A stretch of DNA of 64,000 nucleotides, taken from positions 868,001 to 932,000 of the forward strand of contig JADEYG010000001.1 of NCBI GenBank assembly GCA_016906335.1, written 5' to 3'. The notes beneath the pieces were generated by a model that saw nothing but the letters and a program-made list of their open reading frames with translations, was not told the DNA's origin and ran no database searches. Both the position numbers and the translations under genes were made by a program. Positions 62,137 through 64,000 of the stretch are shown in pieces. This DNA comes from Novakomyces olei. Taxonomy: Eukaryota. Every line of letters starts with the position of its first letter. The first letter of the stretch is position 1.

Positions 62137-64000
62137 ATGGTTGCTGCGGCCTCGCATGCTTTCTCCCTAAACCAAAAAACGCCTGGGTCGATCTCGTCCT
62201 CCAGCTCTGACAATTCCTCAGACCTCTTTGACCGGGTGAGCGATTCGACGCAGGACTCGCTGCCTGATAGCGAGGCAGACGTGTTTCCAGCGGCGCCCGT
62301 CTACGAGTATGAAAACACACCAGACAACCACTCATGGGCGGGTGCACTCCCACGCAAGCAAGGCTTGTACGATCCCGAGTATGAGAAGGATGCGTGTGGT
62401 GTAGGCTTCACCTGCCACATTAAAGGCCAAAGTACGCACAAGATTGTGACGGATGCCCGCTCGCTGCTGTGCAATATGACCCACCGTGGAGCCGTTGGTG
62501 CAGATACACGTGACGGAGACGGAGCCGGAGTCATGACGGGAATGCCGCACGGCTTTATGCACCGAGAATTCGAGCAGCATCTGGGCGTATCGCTGCCGGC
62601 GGATGGGCAGTATGCCATCGGCAACATCTTTTTCTCGCCCGACGAGGACGTGTTTACGGAAAGCAAGGCCACTTTTAACTCTATCGCCGAGTCGCTTGAC
62701 CTCAAAGTCTTGGGGTGGCGTACAGTGCCGACAGACAACTCTATCCTGGGCCCGGCAGCTCTTTCGCGAGAGCCAATCATCCTGCAGCCGGCGGTAGTGC
62801 TGGCCACTGGCGACTTTGACGAGCTGCGGTTCGAGAGGCAGCTGTACCTGCTGCGCAAGCGGGCAACGCACAAGATTGGACTGCCAAACTGGTTCTATAT
62901 CTGCTCGCTGAGCAACAAGAATATCGTCTACAAGGGCCAACTGGCGCCAGTGCAGGTGTACAACTATTTCCACGACCTGAACAATGCACACTACTGCTCA
63001 CACTTTGCACTAGTGCACTCTCGGTTCTCGACAAACACGTTTCCCTCGTGGGACCGAGCGCAGCCGATGCGCTGGGCAGCGCATAACGGCGAGATCAATA
63101 CTCTGCGGGGCAACAAGAACTGGATGAGGGCGAGGGAAGGGCTGCTCAAGTCTCGCGTCTTTGGCTCTGACCTGGATTCGCTGTACCCCATCATTGAGGA
63201 AGGCGGGTCTGATTCAGCGGCGTTTGATAATGTGCTGGAGCTGCTCGTGATCAATGGCGTCATGAGTCTGCCCGAGGCCGTAATGCTGCTCGTTCCCGAA
63301 GCGTGGCAGGACAATGCGCATATGGACCCGCAAAAGGCCGCCTTTTACGAGTGGGCAGCGTGCCTCATGGAGCCGTGGGACGGCCCGGCGCTGTTTACCT
63401 TCTCCGACGGCCGATACTGTGGAGCCAATTTGGATCGCAATGGTCTACGGCCCTGCCGGTACTATGTCTCGTCGGACGATATTATGATTTGTGCGTCCGA
63501 GGTGGGCACGATCCTGATTGAGCCGAGCAAAGTGATCGCTAAAGGCCGTCTGCAGCCGGGCAAGATGCTGCTCGTGGATACAGTGGAAGGCAGGATTGTC
63601 GACGATACGGAGCTCAAGATGCGGATCGCTACCCGCTTTGATTTCCGGTCGTGGCTGGATGCGAAAATGCTGTCACTGCCACGGATCCACAGTAGACTGG
63701 TGGCTCGCAATAGGGACCTTTTCGCTTCAAAATTGGACTCGGTAGCTGTCGCCGACGACCGGCGGCTGCTGGCGTTTGGGTACACGTTTGAGCAGCTCAG
63801 TATCCTGCTCGGCCCGATGGCGGCCGAGGGCAAAGAGTCGCTGGGCAGTATGGGCAACGACGGCCCATTGGCGTGTATTGCGCCTCAGCCGCGGCTGACG
63901 TACGACTATTTCCGGCAGCTGTTTGCACAGGTAACGAACCCGCCCATCGATCCGATCCGGGAGAGTATAGTAATGTCGCTCGACTGCTACGTCGGCCCGC
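62137..64000 (+). CDS. GLT1: NADH-dependent glutamate synthase, 5' part (runs off the window)
   Basis: Frame open from ATG 62137: WAGALP, GLYDPEYEKDACGVGF, HRGAVGAD, HSRFSTNTFPSW, HNGEINT, MEPWDGPA, FAQVTNPPID. Confidence 0.96.
   Translation, partial: MVAAASHAFSLNQKTPGSISSSSSDNSSDLFDRVSDSTQDSLPDSEADVFPAAPVYEYENTPDNHSWAGALPRKQGLYDPEYEKDACGVGFTCHIKGQSTHKIVTDARSLLCNMTHRGAVGADTRDGDGAGVMTGMPHGFMHREFEQHLGVSLPADGQYAIGNIFFSPDEDVFTESKATFNSIAESLDLKVLGWRTVPTDNSILGPAALSREPIILQPAVVLATGDFDELRFERQLYLLRKRATHKIGLPNWFYICSLSNKNIVYKGQLAPVQVYNYFHDLNNAHYCSHFALVHSRFSTNTFPSWDRAQPMRWAAHNGEINTLRGNKNWMRAREGLLKSRVFGSDLDSLYPIIEEGGSDSAAFDNVLELLVINGVMSLPEAVMLLVPEAWQDNAHMDPQKAAFYEWAACLMEPWDGPALFTFSDGRYCGANLDRNGLRPCRYYVSSDDIMICASEVGTILIEPSKVIAKGRLQPGKMLLVDTVEGRIVDDTELKMRIATRFDFRSWLDAKMLSLPRIHSRLVARNRDLFASKLDSVAVADDRRLLAFGYTFEQLSILLGPMAAEGKESLGSMGNDGPLACIAPQPRLTYDYFRQLFAQVTNPPIDPIRESIVMSLDCYVGP

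Noticed and set aside
61802..62210. Lys/Arg/Glu-rich and Phe/Ser-rich ORFs
   Set aside because: Translations of the polypurine tract
62137..64000. Alternative CUG decoding, and long antisense ORFs over GLT1
   Set aside because: CTG falls at positions where Leu is expected (e.g. SLLCNMTHRG, LELL); the antisense ORFs are shadows of GC3-rich coding sequence

Overview
This is gene-dense eukaryotic DNA from an ascomycete fungus. Genes have many short GT-AG introns, with a CTAAY/CTGAY branch site only about 5-10 nt from a YAG or AAG acceptor. That style resembles Taphrinomycotina or other intron-rich early-diverging yeasts, but the taxon is an inference. I can support about 26 protein-coding genes, mostly housekeeping: PAQR/IZH3-like, two PPR proteins, YFH7-like kinase, KGD4-like, MetR/Cys-3/Zip1-type bZIP, TCP11/IQ protein, KEX1, HER2/GatA, AVT2, SDS3, NOP15, SRP68, LAA2, ERG25, NHX1, SUT1-like, LYS4, ARC19, RPN2, DCAF7-like WD40, TGL4-like, a DUF3020 protein and the 5' part of GLT1. 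I see no tRNA, rRNA, CRISPR array or transposon. The most unusual items are: (i) a nested, alternatively pairing inverted-repeat element at about 14.7-14.9 kb, inside a 2-kb gene-free gap bracketed by telomere-type TTAGGG motifs (candidate ncRNA, speculative); (ii) TTAGGG motifs recurring in promoter regions; (iii) two small spliced genes that the ORF track misses or mis-frames; (iv) an ERG25 start codon split by an intron; (v) a uORF abutting the bZIP start; (vi) many micro- and minisatellites, some filling divergent promoters. Exon boundaries were read by eye and have no transcript support. I cannot claim a confirmed new biological system.
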